Assembly (NCBI GenBank): GCA_020632495.1
Contig: JACKFL010000005.1
Span: forward strand, 1,036,925 to 1,100,924
Length of the DNA: 64,000 nucleotides
Direction of reading: 5' to 3'
DNA from: Candidatus Omnitrophota bacterium
GTDB lineage: Bacteria > Omnitrophota > Gorgyraeia > Zapsychrales > Zapsychraceae
Each line of letters starts with the position of its first letter. Positions within the stretch are counted from its first letter, which is position 1. A model generated the notes under the pieces. The model was given only the letters and a program-made list of their open reading frames with translations. It was not told where the DNA came from and did not search any database. Of this stretch, positions 33,912 to 43,001 are shown one piece after another. Position numbers and translations under genes: made by a program.

Positions 33912-34544
33912 TTGGCGACCAGTAAAGTTCAGGCTAAGAAATCTCTTTCGGATGTGATCGAAGAAATCGGTCCGGCGGCCGACGCCCGGTTGGCCCCGCT
34001 GTTTACGGACAAGGAGGAGACTTTCCCTCCGCGGGAAATCGCCCTTTTGGCCGTGAAAGCCACCAATACCCTGGAACTTTGGGTCCGCAACCGCGGTCAT
34101 TGGACGCGGATCAAGACCTACGCCATTCAGGCCGCCAGCGGACGCCTCGGTCCCAAACTCCGCGAAGGTGACCGGCAGGTCCCCGAAGGGATTTACCGCA
34201 TCGAGCGTTTCAATCCCAACAGCGCCTACCACCTGAGTATGAAACTGGATTATCCCAACGCCTATGATCAACAGCGCGCCCGGGAAGAAGGCCGCGACTG
34301 GCCCGGATGCGATATCTTCATCCACGGCAGCGACCGCTCCAACGGCTGCCTGGCCATGGGCGATGAGGCGATCGAGGAACTGTTCGTGTTGGCCGCGCGC
34401 ACCGGCCGGGAGAATATCCGGGTGATCATCGCGCCGCGCGACCCGCGCAATGATCAGTTGTTGCCGCCTCCGGTGGCCCCGCGCTGGGTGGCTGATCTGT
34501 ACCGCCGCATCGAAAACCAGTTTATGGACATCGCCGGGAGGTAA
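33912..34544 (+). CDS. L,D-transpeptidase catalytic-domain (YkuD/YafK-like) protein
   Basis: GDRQVPEGIYRI...IFIHGSDRSNGCLAMG matches the HG-x-(S/T)-x-GC active-site signature. TTG start. Confidence 0.75.
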   Translation: MATSKVQAKKSLSDVIEEIGPAADARLAPLFTDKEETFPPREIALLAVKATNTLELWVRNRGHWTRIKTYAIQAASGRLGPKLREGDRQVPEGIYRIERFNPNSAYHLSMKLDYPNAYDQQRAREEGRDWPGCDIFIHGSDRSNGCLAMGDEAIEELFVLAARTGRENIRVIIAPRDPRNDQLLPPPVAPRWVADLYRRIENQFMDIAGR

Positions 34545-34599
34545 TCCTCCGCAGGGCACCCCCGGACGTCGTCTTTCAACTCTTTACAGGACCCCTATC

Positions 34600-35187
34600 T
34601 TGGCACCCACCGAACCGCAACGCTGCACCTGGCCCGGTTGCACCAAACCGCTGTATATCGATTACCACGACAAAGAGTGGGGGGTGCCGGTCCATGACGA
34701 CAAGACCCATTTCGAGTTTCTGATCCTGGAAGGCGCCCAGGCCGGCTTAAGCTGGTATACAATCCTCAGCCGCCGCGACGGATACCGCAAGGCCTTTAAA
34801 AATTTCAATGCCAAGCGCGTGGCCGCGATGACCGATGCCGAGCTGGAGGCGCTGCTTGATTTCGACGGGATTATCCGCAACCGGCTCAAAGTCTTTGCCG
34901 CGCGCAAGAATGCTCAGGTATTTCTCGCGATTCAAAAGGAGTTCGGATCGTTCGATAAATATGTGTGGTCGTTCGTCGGCGGCAAGCCGATCGTTAACAA
35001 GTGGAAGTCGGGCAAGCAGTTGCCGGTCACCACCCCGGAAAGTGACGCCCTCTCGAAGGATCTCAAAAAGCGCGGGATGTCATTTGTCGGGTCGACGATC
35101 ATCTACGCCCATATGCAGGCGACGGGACTGGTGAATGATCACCTGGTGTCGTGCTTCAGGCACAAGGAATGTCAGAAGGCGGCTTAA
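34600..35187 (+). CDS. tag: DNA-3-methyladenine glycosylase I
   Basis: RCTWPGCTKPLYIDYHDKEWGVPVHDD...EGAQAGLSWYTIL...FVGSTIIYAHMQATGLVNDH. Start assigned to TTG 34600, the only start codon shortly before the RCxW motif; it is uncertain. Confidence 0.85.
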   Translation: MAPTEPQRCTWPGCTKPLYIDYHDKEWGVPVHDDKTHFEFLILEGAQAGLSWYTILSRRDGYRKAFKNFNAKRVAAMTDAELEALLDFDGIIRNRLKVFAARKNAQVFLAIQKEFGSFDKYVWSFVGGKPIVNKWKSGKQLPVTTPESDALSKDLKKRGMSFVGSTIIYAHMQATGLVNDHLVSCFRHKECQKAA

Positions 35188-35391
35188 ATATCGCGAGGCA
35201 AACAACCCGTCTCAATGCTTGAGACATTCGGTCTTTCGATATTGTCTCGAAAATTCGATGATTCGAGATTAGAAATATGATCATCCGGTCCGCTTCCGGC
35301 CAAAATAAGCCCGATGGCGAGTGCCTTGCGTAACGGCGGGTTTTCCGCTATGATGGGTGCTTAATATTCGATATTTGTCCACCGCTGGTGG

Positions 35392-35564
35392 AAGTTCGTG
35401 ATAAGTGATGCGGGATAAGGGATACGAACAGTTTGCCTTCAAGACACACATAATTTCCGGGAAATAAAATATGCAAACAGCTGACAACGGGCCGGCGACC
35501 TACGGTCATCCCCCGGCAGCAGACTGTTCATATCACATATCACTTATCCCATATCCCGACTCGG
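35392..35564. repeat. Heptamer-array inverted-repeat element (GKGATAN arms), same family as 63003-63197
   Basis: Left arm GTGATAA GTGATGC GGGATAA GGGATAC. Inner stem CGAACAGT/ACTGTTC. Right arm ATATCAC ATATCAC TTATCCC ATATCCC GACT. Ends 18 nt before tRNA-Arg. Confidence 0.85.
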
Positions 35565-35582
35565 TACATACTGAAACACCAC

Positions 35583-35654
35583 GTCCCCGTAGCTCAACGG
35601 ATAGAGTACTGGCCTCCGGAGCCAGAGGTGCAGGTTCGATTCCCGCCGGGGACG
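35583..35654 (+). tRNA. tRNA-Arg (anticodon CCG)
   Basis: Hand fold. Acceptor GTCCCCG/CGGGGAC. D-arm GCTC...GAGT. Anticodon stem CTGGC/GCCAG with loop CTCCGGA. 4-nt variable loop. T-arm GCAGG-TTCGATT-CCCGC with one A-C mismatch. No encoded CCA. Confidence 0.8.
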
Positions 35655-35730
35655 CTTTTATGACAGGCACCGTTTTTACGCGGTGCCTGTCTTGTTTACG
35701 CCTGACAGGCGCGCCCGGTCTTTCCATTCC

Positions 35731-36492
35731 ATGAGCGAATCCCCGATTGACAAACTGCGCCGCTTTATCGACAAATCCGATGCCATCGTCGTCTTCACCG
35801 GTGCCGGGATCTCGACCGAGAGCGGGATCAGCGATTACCGTTCGCAGGGCGGGGTGTGGGAACGGTTCCAGCCGGTGACCATTCAGGAATTCATCGCCGA
35901 CCCCGGCAAACGCAAACTCTACTGGCAGCGCAAGCTCGCCCTTTATGAACAGAACAAAGACGCCGGGCCCAATCCCGGCCACCTGGCCGTCGTCGAACTC
36001 GAACGGCGCGGCAAGCTGCTCGGCCTGATCACCCAAAACATCGACGGTCTGCATCAACAGGCCGGGACCGCTCCGGAAAAGATCCTGGAGATCCACGGCA
36101 CCAATCAGGAAGTGATCTGCTTGTCCTGTCAGGAGATATGGCCGTGGCAGCACGCCTACGAGCGGTTGCTTAAGGGAGAAGAGGCCCCGGATTGCGAAAA
36201 ATGCGGCGGATTGCTCAAGCCCAACACCATTTCCTTCGGGCAGTCGCTCAACGCGGCTGTATTGAACCGGTCCTTCGCGCTGGCCGAGGAGTGCGACTTT
36301 ATGCTGGTCCTCGGTTCGAGCCTGGTCGTGGAGCCGGCCGCCTCGATCCCGCGTGTGGCCAAGCAGGGCAACGGCGGGGCTTGGCTAGCAATCATCACCC
36401 AATCCGCCACACCGCTGGACGGCTTGGCCGATCTGAAGATCGCGGCCTCGATCGGCGAAACCCTGAGCGCGGCCCTGGCCGTCCCGTCCTGA
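35731..36492 (+). CDS. cobB: NAD-dependent protein deacylase (Sir2/CobB family)
   Basis: [35 protein letters not shown]...CLSC...CEKCGG (Zn ribbon). Confidence 0.9.
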   Translation: MSESPIDKLRRFIDKSDAIVVFTGAGISTESGISDYRSQGGVWERFQPVTIQEFIADPGKRKLYWQRKLALYEQNKDAGPNPGHLAVVELERRGKLLGLITQNIDGLHQQAGTAPEKILEIHGTNQEVICLSCQEIWPWQHAYERLLKGEEAPDCEKCGGLLKPNTISFGQSLNAAVLNRSFALAEECDFMLVLGSSLVVEPAASIPRVAKQGNGGAWLAIITQSATPLDGLADLKIAASIGETLSAALAVPS

Positions 36493-36597
36493 TCCTCCCG
36501 GTTCGCCGGATTGGTCTGAATAAATGCGACCTTTTTCCGTTTATGCAGTAAAATGGCGGATGTAAGCCGTTTTACCGATACGGGAAAGGAGCGGACG

Positions 36598-37185
36598 ATG
36601 AAACCGAATTGGCTAATTAACCGACGCCTGCCGCTGGCTGTGGCGATATTGACGGCAGCGGCTTGGACCGCGGGGGCGGCGGAGATGAAGGACGGGGACA
36701 AACCTAAGGGCAGCATCCACCGGGAGGTCAAGATGAACAAGGAAAACCTGAAGGCCAAACTCACCGATCTGCAATACTATGTGACCCAGGAGGACGGGAC
36801 CGAGCGTCCTTTCCAGAACGAATACTGGGATAATAAAAAGCCGGGCATTTATGTGGACGTTGTCTCCGGTGAGCCGCTGTTCAGTTCGCTGGACAAGTTT
36901 GATTCGGGCACCGGCTGGCCCAGTTTCGTGCGGCCGCTGGTCGCGGAGAATGTGGTGGAAAACCGCGACGCCACCCACGGAATGGTCCGCACCGAGGTGC
37001 GCAGTCAGGACGGGGATTCCCATCTCGGGCACGTCTTTCCGGACGGGCCGAAGCCGACCGGACTGCGTTACTGCATCAATTCCGCCTCGCTGCGGTTTGT
37101 TCCGGTCGAAGATCTGGAGAAGGAAGGCTTCGGCCAATTCTTGCCGGCGTTCGAGGCCGCGGCCAAGGAAAAGAAGGACAAATAA
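36598..37185 (+). CDS. msrB: Peptide-methionine (R)-S-oxide reductase MsrB with signal peptide
   Basis: [48 protein letters not shown]...GHVFPDGP...RYCINS. AAGGAG Shine-Dalgarno before ATG 36598. N-terminal [27 protein letters not shown]. Confidence 0.9.
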   Translation: MKPNWLINRRLPLAVAILTAAAWTAGAAEMKDGDKPKGSIHREVKMNKENLKAKLTDLQYYVTQEDGTERPFQNEYWDNKKPGIYVDVVSGEPLFSSLDKFDSGTGWPSFVRPLVAENVVENRDATHGMVRTEVRSQDGDSHLGHVFPDGPKPTGLRYCINSASLRFVPVEDLEKEGFGQFLPAFEAAAKEKKDK

Positions 37186-37235
37186 CAAAAGCGGGCGTGG
37201 CGTCGGGTTGACGCCGCGCGGGGGAGCAATGATCT

Positions 37236-37997
37236 ATGCGGTACAAACTGAGCCTGACACTCTGCGTACTGAGCATCCTTTCCTTTGGCCTGACCGGAAA
37301 CGCGGCGGCGGCCGGTATCGACTACACCCCCTACGAAAAGATTCTGAACACCTACGTCAACGGCGAAGGCCGGGTCAACTATCGAGGGCTTAAAGCCGAT
37401 CGCGGTCCGCTCGATAATTTTATTCGGACCCAAATCGAGAATGCCGACCTCAGTGGATTTACGGACAACGAACGAAAGGCATTCTGGATCAATGCCTATA
37501 ACGCCCTCACCCTGCGGCTGATCGTCGACAATTATCCGTTGCGCTTCGGCGGCATCCGGACGATCAATTGGGGACGGCCGTGGAGTATTCAGATGAAGGC
37601 GGCCGGCCGCGAACTGTCCCTTGGCGATATCGAACATGAGATCCTGCGTAAGTGGGACCCGATCGACCCGCGCATACACTTCGCGATCAACTGCGCCTCG
37701 GGCGGTTGCCCCAAACTGCCCAATACGCATTTTCCGCCTGCCGACCTCGACCGTCGGCTGGATTTCGAGGCCCGCCGCTTTATGAACGACCCGGCCAAGG
37801 TCCGCCTCGACCGCGCGCAGAACATTCTTTATCACAGCGAGATCCTGAAGTGGTTTGACGAAGACTTTCTCGCCGTCGCCCCGGACCTGAAAAGTTATAT
37901 CCTCAAATACATTAAGGACGATGACCGCCGTTATATCCAAAGCCATGACGTCAAACTCAAGACAGTCGATTATGACTGGAGTCTGAACGAACAGTAA
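37236..37997 (+). CDS. DUF547 domain-containing secreted protein
   Basis: Signal peptide, then FWINAYNALTLRLIV...DPRIHFAINCASGGCPKL, typical of DUF547. Confidence 0.8.
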   Translation: MRYKLSLTLCVLSILSFGLTGNAAAAGIDYTPYEKILNTYVNGEGRVNYRGLKADRGPLDNFIRTQIENADLSGFTDNERKAFWINAYNALTLRLIVDNYPLRFGGIRTINWGRPWSIQMKAAGRELSLGDIEHEILRKWDPIDPRIHFAINCASGGCPKLPNTHFPPADLDRRLDFEARRFMNDPAKVRLDRAQNILYHSEILKWFDEDFLAVAPDLKSYILKYIKDDDRRYIQSHDVKLKTVDYDWSLNEQ

Positions 37998-38037
37998 TCG
38001 CCGCCCGCGGGACCCTGCCCGCCGGAAAGGAAGGGTC

Positions 38038-38745
38038 ATGAACACCACTAAATGGATCATCACCGCCATCGTTGTGATCGGAGCGATCGGGGGATTGTTT
38101 ATGCTGGCCGATCAGCACACCAACTTCTGTCCCCAGTGTCTGGCCAAGAATCTGAATCCGGAGGTCATCCGCCATTACATTGAAGGCTTCGGGCCGTGGG
38201 CGATCGCGGTTTACGTCGGATTATATATCGTCAATACCATGACGCTGGTGCCGCCGATCGCCTTTATGTCATTGTCTGCCGGGGCGCTGTTCGGTCCGGT
38301 GTGGGGGACGGTGGCGCTGACGCTCGGCTCCTTTTGCGGGACGACGGTCACTTTTTTCATTTCGCGCTACCTCGGCGGCGGTCTTGTCGACCGGTTCGTG
38401 AAGGGCCGGGCCGAGGAGTTTAACAAACGGTTCAGCGAAAACGGTTTTATCGTCCTGCTGCCGATCCGTCTGATCGGATTTCCGCCGTACGAATTTATCA
38501 ATTACGCCGTCGGCTTGTCGAAGATCTCTTACCGCGATTACATCGCGGCGACCATGCTGGGGATGTCGCCGGCGATCATCATCCAGGTCCTGCTCGCCGA
38601 CCGGCTCGCCAACTTCAGCTGGAAGGACCCGGTCCTGTATGTGGCCGTCGGTCTGTTCATCGGGATGGGTGTGATTACCGGCAAAATCATCAAGCAAAAG
38701 CGGGCCGAGGACAAGGCGGCCATGAACGCCGCCGAGGCGGTCTAG
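38038..38745 (+). CDS. TVP38/TMEM64 (DedA-related) family membrane protein
   Basis: VPPIAFMSLSAGALFGPVWGTVALTLGSFCGTTVTFFISRYLG is the family core motif. Confidence 0.85.
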   Translation: MNTTKWIITAIVVIGAIGGLFMLADQHTNFCPQCLAKNLNPEVIRHYIEGFGPWAIAVYVGLYIVNTMTLVPPIAFMSLSAGALFGPVWGTVALTLGSFCGTTVTFFISRYLGGGLVDRFVKGRAEEFNKRFSENGFIVLLPIRLIGFPPYEFINYAVGLSKISYRDYIAATMLGMSPAIIIQVLLADRLANFSWKDPVLYVAVGLFIGMGVITGKIIKQKRAEDKAAMNAAEAV

Positions 38746-38759
38746 GGAAGGGGGAACGC

Positions 38760-40202
38760 ATGGCCAAGCATGATTATGATCTGATCGTCATCGGGGGCGG
38801 GGCCGGCGGGCTCACTGCGTCCACTTTTGCCGGTCAGTCCGCCGCCAAGACTCTGCTGATCGAGAAGGAGGAAAAACTCGGCGGGGATTGTCTGCACTAC
38901 GGTTGTGTTCCCTCCAAGTCGCTGATCAAGAGCGCCTACGTCGCCAATGTCATCCGCCATGCTGAACATTACGGTCTGCCCAAGGTTGAGCTCGGGCCGG
39001 TCGATTATCAAAAGGTCAGCCGGCGCATCCGCGGGATCATCGGGACCATCCAGGCCCATGACGAGCCGGATTACATCCGCGACAAATACAATGTCGAAAC
39101 GGAATTCGGTGAGGCCCGCTTTCTCGATGCCAACACAATTGAATTGAACGGCCGGCGGATCAGCGCGCGGTATTTTGTGATTGCCACCGGTTCGTCGCCG
39201 TTAATCCCGCCGGTCGAAGGCCTGAACGAAGTGCCGTATATCACCAATCTCGATATTTTCTCGCTGGAGAAACTGCCGGAGTCGATGGTGGTCCTCGGCG
39301 GCGGTCCGATCGGGTTGGAGATGGCCCAGTCGTTTCACCGGCTCGGCTGCCGGGTCACGGTGATTGACCGCGGACCGCAGTTCCTGCCCAAGGAAGATCC
39401 CGACATCGCGGGTTTTATCCGGGACCGTCTTCAGGATGAAGGCATCACCATTCACCAGGATTTCGAGGCCCGGCAGGTGGCCCGTAAGGACGGCAAGATC
39501 ATCGTGACCTTTGCCTGTCAACAGTCAGGCTCCGTCCACAGCGTCGAGGCCGAGGCCCTGCTGGTGGCAACCGGCCGCAAGGCTAATATTCATGGATTGG
39601 ACCTGGAAAAGGCCGGTGTCGCGTTCGACCGCCATATCCGTGTCAATGCGAAGATGCAGACCTCGCAGAAGAATATCTACGCGGCCGGTGACGTCACCGG
39701 CGGCTATCAGTTCACGCACGTGGCCAGCTATGAGGCCGTGGTCGCCATTTACAATTGCATTTTGAAGATCCCCAAGAAGGCCGTTTATGACAATACGCCG
39801 TGGGTCACTTATCTGGACCCGGAGGTCGCCTCGATCGGTTATAACGAGCAGCGGGCCCAAAAGGCGGGGATCGAATATGTCAAACATATCGAACGCATCA
39901 CCCATAACGACCGCGCCTTGGCTGAAGGCGAGAACGACGGTTTGATCAAGATCTTGATGAATAAAAAGGGGAAGGTCATCGGTGTGCAGATCGTCAGTTA
40001 TCACGCCGGTGATCTGATCGCGGAATGGATCCCGGTCCTCAATGGCAAGGTCAAACTCTCCACGCTGACCGACGCGATCCATCCGTACCCGACGATGTCG
40101 GAGATCAACAAGAACGCCAGTGTGAACTATCTGGTCTCAACGATCCCGCCGTGGACCAAGAAACTCACCAAGATGTTGTTCGGTTATCAGGGCAAGGCGT
40201 AA
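38760..40202 (+). CDS. Class I FAD-dependent pyridine nucleotide-disulfide oxidoreductase (Lpd/MerA-like)
   Basis: DLIVIGGGAGG...GGDCLHYGCVPSKSLI (redox CxxxxC). Second Rossmann VVLGGGPIGLE. C-terminal dimerisation domain with HPYPT. Confidence 0.9.
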   Translation: MAKHDYDLIVIGGGAGGLTASTFAGQSAAKTLLIEKEEKLGGDCLHYGCVPSKSLIKSAYVANVIRHAEHYGLPKVELGPVDYQKVSRRIRGIIGTIQAHDEPDYIRDKYNVETEFGEARFLDANTIELNGRRISARYFVIATGSSPLIPPVEGLNEVPYITNLDIFSLEKLPESMVVLGGGPIGLEMAQSFHRLGCRVTVIDRGPQFLPKEDPDIAGFIRDRLQDEGITIHQDFEARQVARKDGKIIVTFACQQSGSVHSVEAEALLVATGRKANIHGLDLEKAGVAFDRHIRVNAKMQTSQKNIYAAGDVTGGYQFTHVASYEAVVAIYNCILKIPKKAVYDNTPWVTYLDPEVASIGYNEQRAQKAGIEYVKHIERITHNDRALAEGENDGLIKILMNKKGKVIGVQIVSYHAGDLIAEWIPVLNGKVKLSTLTDAIHPYPTMSEINKNASVNYLVSTIPPWTKKLTKMLFGYQGKA

Positions 40203-40244
40203 AAAGAACTTTTCCTTATCAGGCCCTTCCGCTATATTAGATAT

Positions 40245-41753
40245 ATGAGCACCCCGACCCCCCCGTATTTGTACGAAATCAATACCATGTCTTTTCTCAT
40301 CCGGATGGGAGACGACGGCGAACGGCCGTTGCCGCTGGCGAAGCTCCACGGAGATTTCTTCAGCGGGTTGCGCGATCGCGGCTTCGGATACGTGTGGATG
40401 ATGGGCATGTGGGAACGCAGCCCGGCTTCCCGCCAGGAGGCGCTCGATCATCCGGACCTGCAGCGCGAATACACCGCCGCCTTGGGGAATTGGGAGGCGG
40501 CGGATGTAACGGGTTCGCCCTATGCGGTGCGCCGGTATCAACCCGATCCGCGTTTCGGCAAGTGGAAGGACCTTAAGAAATTCAAGGAGCATCTCAACGG
40601 CTTGGGTCTGAAATTGATCCTCGATTTTGTTCCCAACCACACCGCGTTGGACCATCCCTGGGTCAGCGAACGTCCCGAAAGTTATTTGTGCGCCAACCGC
40701 GAACAACGCGACGCTCTCAATCACGACCATTTTCATGAAATCGTGCCGGGCCGCTATGCCGCGCTCGGCCGCGATCCCTATCTCGATCCCTGGACCGATA
40801 CCCTGCAACTCAACTACGCCGATCCCGAGACCCGCGAGCTGATCATCCAGGAGCTGGAGCGTATCGCCATGTACTGCGACGGGCTGCGCTGCGATATGGC
40901 GATGCTGGTCGTCAACCGGGTGATCCGACAAACGTGGGGGCATCTGATCGGCGCGGACCTGCCCCCGGAGGAATTCTGGTCAGAGGCCATCACGCGGATC
41001 AAGGACCAGCATCCCGGTTTTGTCTTTATCGCCGAGAGTTACTGGAACATGGAATGGGAATTGCAGCAGATGGGATTCGACTACACTTATGACAAGGTGC
41101 TATATGACCGGTTGCTGAATTCCGACGCCGGCGATGTGCGCGGGCATCTGTGCGCGGACCTGGAGTATCAGTTCCGCAGTCTGCGCTTTATCGAGAATCA
41201 TGATGAGCCCCGTTCGCTGGCCGTGATGGACGAGGCCCAGGCCCGGGCGGCGGCTGTGGTGGCCCTGACGGTTCCGGGGCTGAAGCTGATCTTCGACGGT
41301 CAGACCGACGGCCGCACCGTCAAGATGCCGGTGCAGCTGCGCCGGGGCCCGGATGAAGATCCCAACCGCGTGATGACGTACTTTTACGAAACCCTGTTCG
41401 ACTTTACCGGGTCCGATGTGTTCGTCGAGGGCGAGTGGACGCTCTGCGAAGTCCATCCGTCGTCGGAGAACAATCCCAGTTACGACCGCATCCTGGCCTG
41501 GGCGTGGCGCTTCGAGAATGAGATGCGCGCGGTGATCGTCAATTACGCCCCGGAGGCGGCCCAGGCGCGCGTGAAGCTGCCGTGGATCCCCGAGGCGCAC
41601 GAGCCGGTCATCTTCGACGATCACGCCACCGACGAGGTCTATGACCGCGAGCGCCACGAATTGCGCGCCGAGGGTCTTTATGTGGACCTGGGCCCGTGGC
41701 AGTTCCACTGGTTATCGTGCGCCCTGCACGCCGGCGTTGCAGCGCCCGCATGA
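40245..41753 (+). CDS. Alpha-amylase-family (GH13-like) glycoside hydrolase
   Basis: ILDFVPNHTALDHPW, GLRCDMAMLV, FIAESYW and FIENHDEPR correspond to GH13 conserved regions I-IV. Confidence 0.85.
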   Translation: MSTPTPPYLYEINTMSFLIRMGDDGERPLPLAKLHGDFFSGLRDRGFGYVWMMGMWERSPASRQEALDHPDLQREYTAALGNWEAADVTGSPYAVRRYQPDPRFGKWKDLKKFKEHLNGLGLKLILDFVPNHTALDHPWVSERPESYLCANREQRDALNHDHFHEIVPGRYAALGRDPYLDPWTDTLQLNYADPETRELIIQELERIAMYCDGLRCDMAMLVVNRVIRQTWGHLIGADLPPEEFWSEAITRIKDQHPGFVFIAESYWNMEWELQQMGFDYTYDKVLYDRLLNSDAGDVRGHLCADLEYQFRSLRFIENHDEPRSLAVMDEAQARAAAVVALTVPGLKLIFDGQTDGRTVKMPVQLRRGPDEDPNRVMTYFYETLFDFTGSDVFVEGEWTLCEVHPSSENNPSYDRILAWAWRFENEMRAVIVNYAPEAAQARVKLPWIPEAHEPVIFDDHATDEVYDRERHELRAEGLYVDLGPWQFHWLSCALHAGVAAPA

Positions 41754-42775
41754 TCCGCCCGCGAACCGCTGTTGCCGCCGGGCTCATTATCCTTTTCCTG
41801 ACCGCGACCGCGGTCAAATCCTCCGACCATCACCCGGCCGTCACCGTAATCACCGAGACGGCTGGCGCGTGGTTCGATTCCCTGGACAACCGCCAGCAGG
41901 TTGCCGTGTCGTTTCCCTTTGATGACCGGGAACGCCTGCGCTGGCATTATTTTCCACACAGCGGCGCCGGATTGACGCTGCGCGAGATGAGCGAAGAACA
42001 GCGCGGCCTGGCCGCGGACATGATCCGCGCGGTCCTCTCCACGGCCGGGGCGCACAAGGTGGAAGAGATCATGGCCCTGGAGACGGTCCTTCAGCAGCTG
42101 GAGGGGAGTTCCCCGCGTTACCGAGATCCGTTGCGCTACGCCTTTACACTCTACGGGCAGCCCGGCGAACCACCCTGGGGGTGGCGTGTCGACGGGCATC
42201 ACCTGGCCGTCAATGTCACCGTGGCCACGGAGCGGGACATCGTTCTGACGCCGCTCTTTTTGGGGAGCAATCCGGCCAAGGTCCCGCGCGGGCCGTTTGC
42301 CGGCCAACAGATTCAGAAAGATGAGGCCGCTCGTGCCCTGACCCTCGTTAACAGTCTGAACGCCGAACAGCGCGGGCGCGCGGTCCTGCGCGACCGGTCC
42401 GTCGGTAATATCCTCGCCGGGCCGGGGCAACTCGACCGGGTCCGGGAATTCGAAGGGATCCCTTATACGGACCTGACCGACGATCAGCGCCGGCAACTGA
42501 TGGAACTGATTGAAGTCTATGTGGGCACCGCCCGCGACGACATCGGCCAGCCGTATCTGGAGCTTATCCGCGCGGACGTGCCGGAGTTGTATTTCGCCTG
42601 GGCCGGCGGGACGCAGGAGGGGGACGCCTACTACTACCGCATCCACGGCCCGCGCGTCCTCATTGAGTTCGACAATACGCAGAATAACGGCAACCATATC
42701 CACAGTGTGTGGCGGGATCCTCTCAATGATTTCGGCCGGGATGTCTTGCGGGAGCATTACTTGCAAGAGCATTGA
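41750..42775 (+). CDS. DUF3500 domain-containing protein
   Basis: WRVDGHHLAVNVTV...YYYRIHGPRVLIEFDNTQNNGNHIHSVWRDPLNDFG. ATGA overlap with the upstream stop. N-terminal MIRPRTAVAAGLIILFLTATAV. Confidence 0.85.
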   Translation: MIRPRTAVAAGLIILFLTATAVKSSDHHPAVTVITETAGAWFDSLDNRQQVAVSFPFDDRERLRWHYFPHSGAGLTLREMSEEQRGLAADMIRAVLSTAGAHKVEEIMALETVLQQLEGSSPRYRDPLRYAFTLYGQPGEPPWGWRVDGHHLAVNVTVATERDIVLTPLFLGSNPAKVPRGPFAGQQIQKDEAARALTLVNSLNAEQRGRAVLRDRSVGNILAGPGQLDRVREFEGIPYTDLTDDQRRQLMELIEVYVGTARDDIGQPYLELIRADVPELYFAWAGGTQEGDAYYYRIHGPRVLIEFDNTQNNGNHIHSVWRDPLNDFGRDVLREHYLQEH

Positions 42776-42780
42776 ATACT

Positions 42781-42955
42781 AGCGGTTAGCGTTTAGCGGA
42801 CAGCGGCGAGTGCTCAGGTCGCGGCATTCTGGGATTAGGGAATAGCGGATAGTGGCTGTCGAGGGAGGAGGGCCCCGCAGCTCACTAAATACTGATCCCA
42901 CCGCCAACTAATCACTGATCCCTTACTAATCTCTATCCGCTCACCGCTATCCGCT
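42781..42955. repeat. Two-tier nested heptamer-array inverted-repeat element (outer AGCGGNN, inner GGGATTA-type)
   Basis: Left arm AGCGGTT AGCGTTT AGCGGAC AGCGGCG ... GGGATTA GGGAATA GCGGATA. Right arm ...TGATCCC...CCTTACT AATCTCT ATCCGCT CACCGCT ATCCGCT. Starts 6 nt after the DUF3500 stop. Confidence 0.85.
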
Positions 42956-43001
42956 GAATCTTAGTGCCTGTGGCATCCCGATAAGATATAATGAGTACAT
43001 C

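Noticed and set aside
35284-35300. Hairpin GGTCCG-CTTC-CGGCC considered as an SRP (4.5S) RNA domain IV
   Set aside because: On either strand the loop is not the GNRA-type GGAA, and the flanking AGCA/symmetric-loop nucleotides are missing. The surrounding 200 nt do not fold into the expected long helix by inspection.
35471-36153. ORFs 35471-35734 (+) and 35533-36153 (-)
   Set aside because: They run through tRNA-Arg and the 5' end of the sirtuin gene. No coding signal remains once the tRNA and the ATG 35731 start are accepted.
42987-42992. Perfect TATAAT 10 nt upstream of GTG 43002 (leaderless transcript idea)
   Set aside because: No acceptable -35 at 16-18 nt spacing was found. Leaderless initiation on GTG is unlikely. 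It is kept only as a note.
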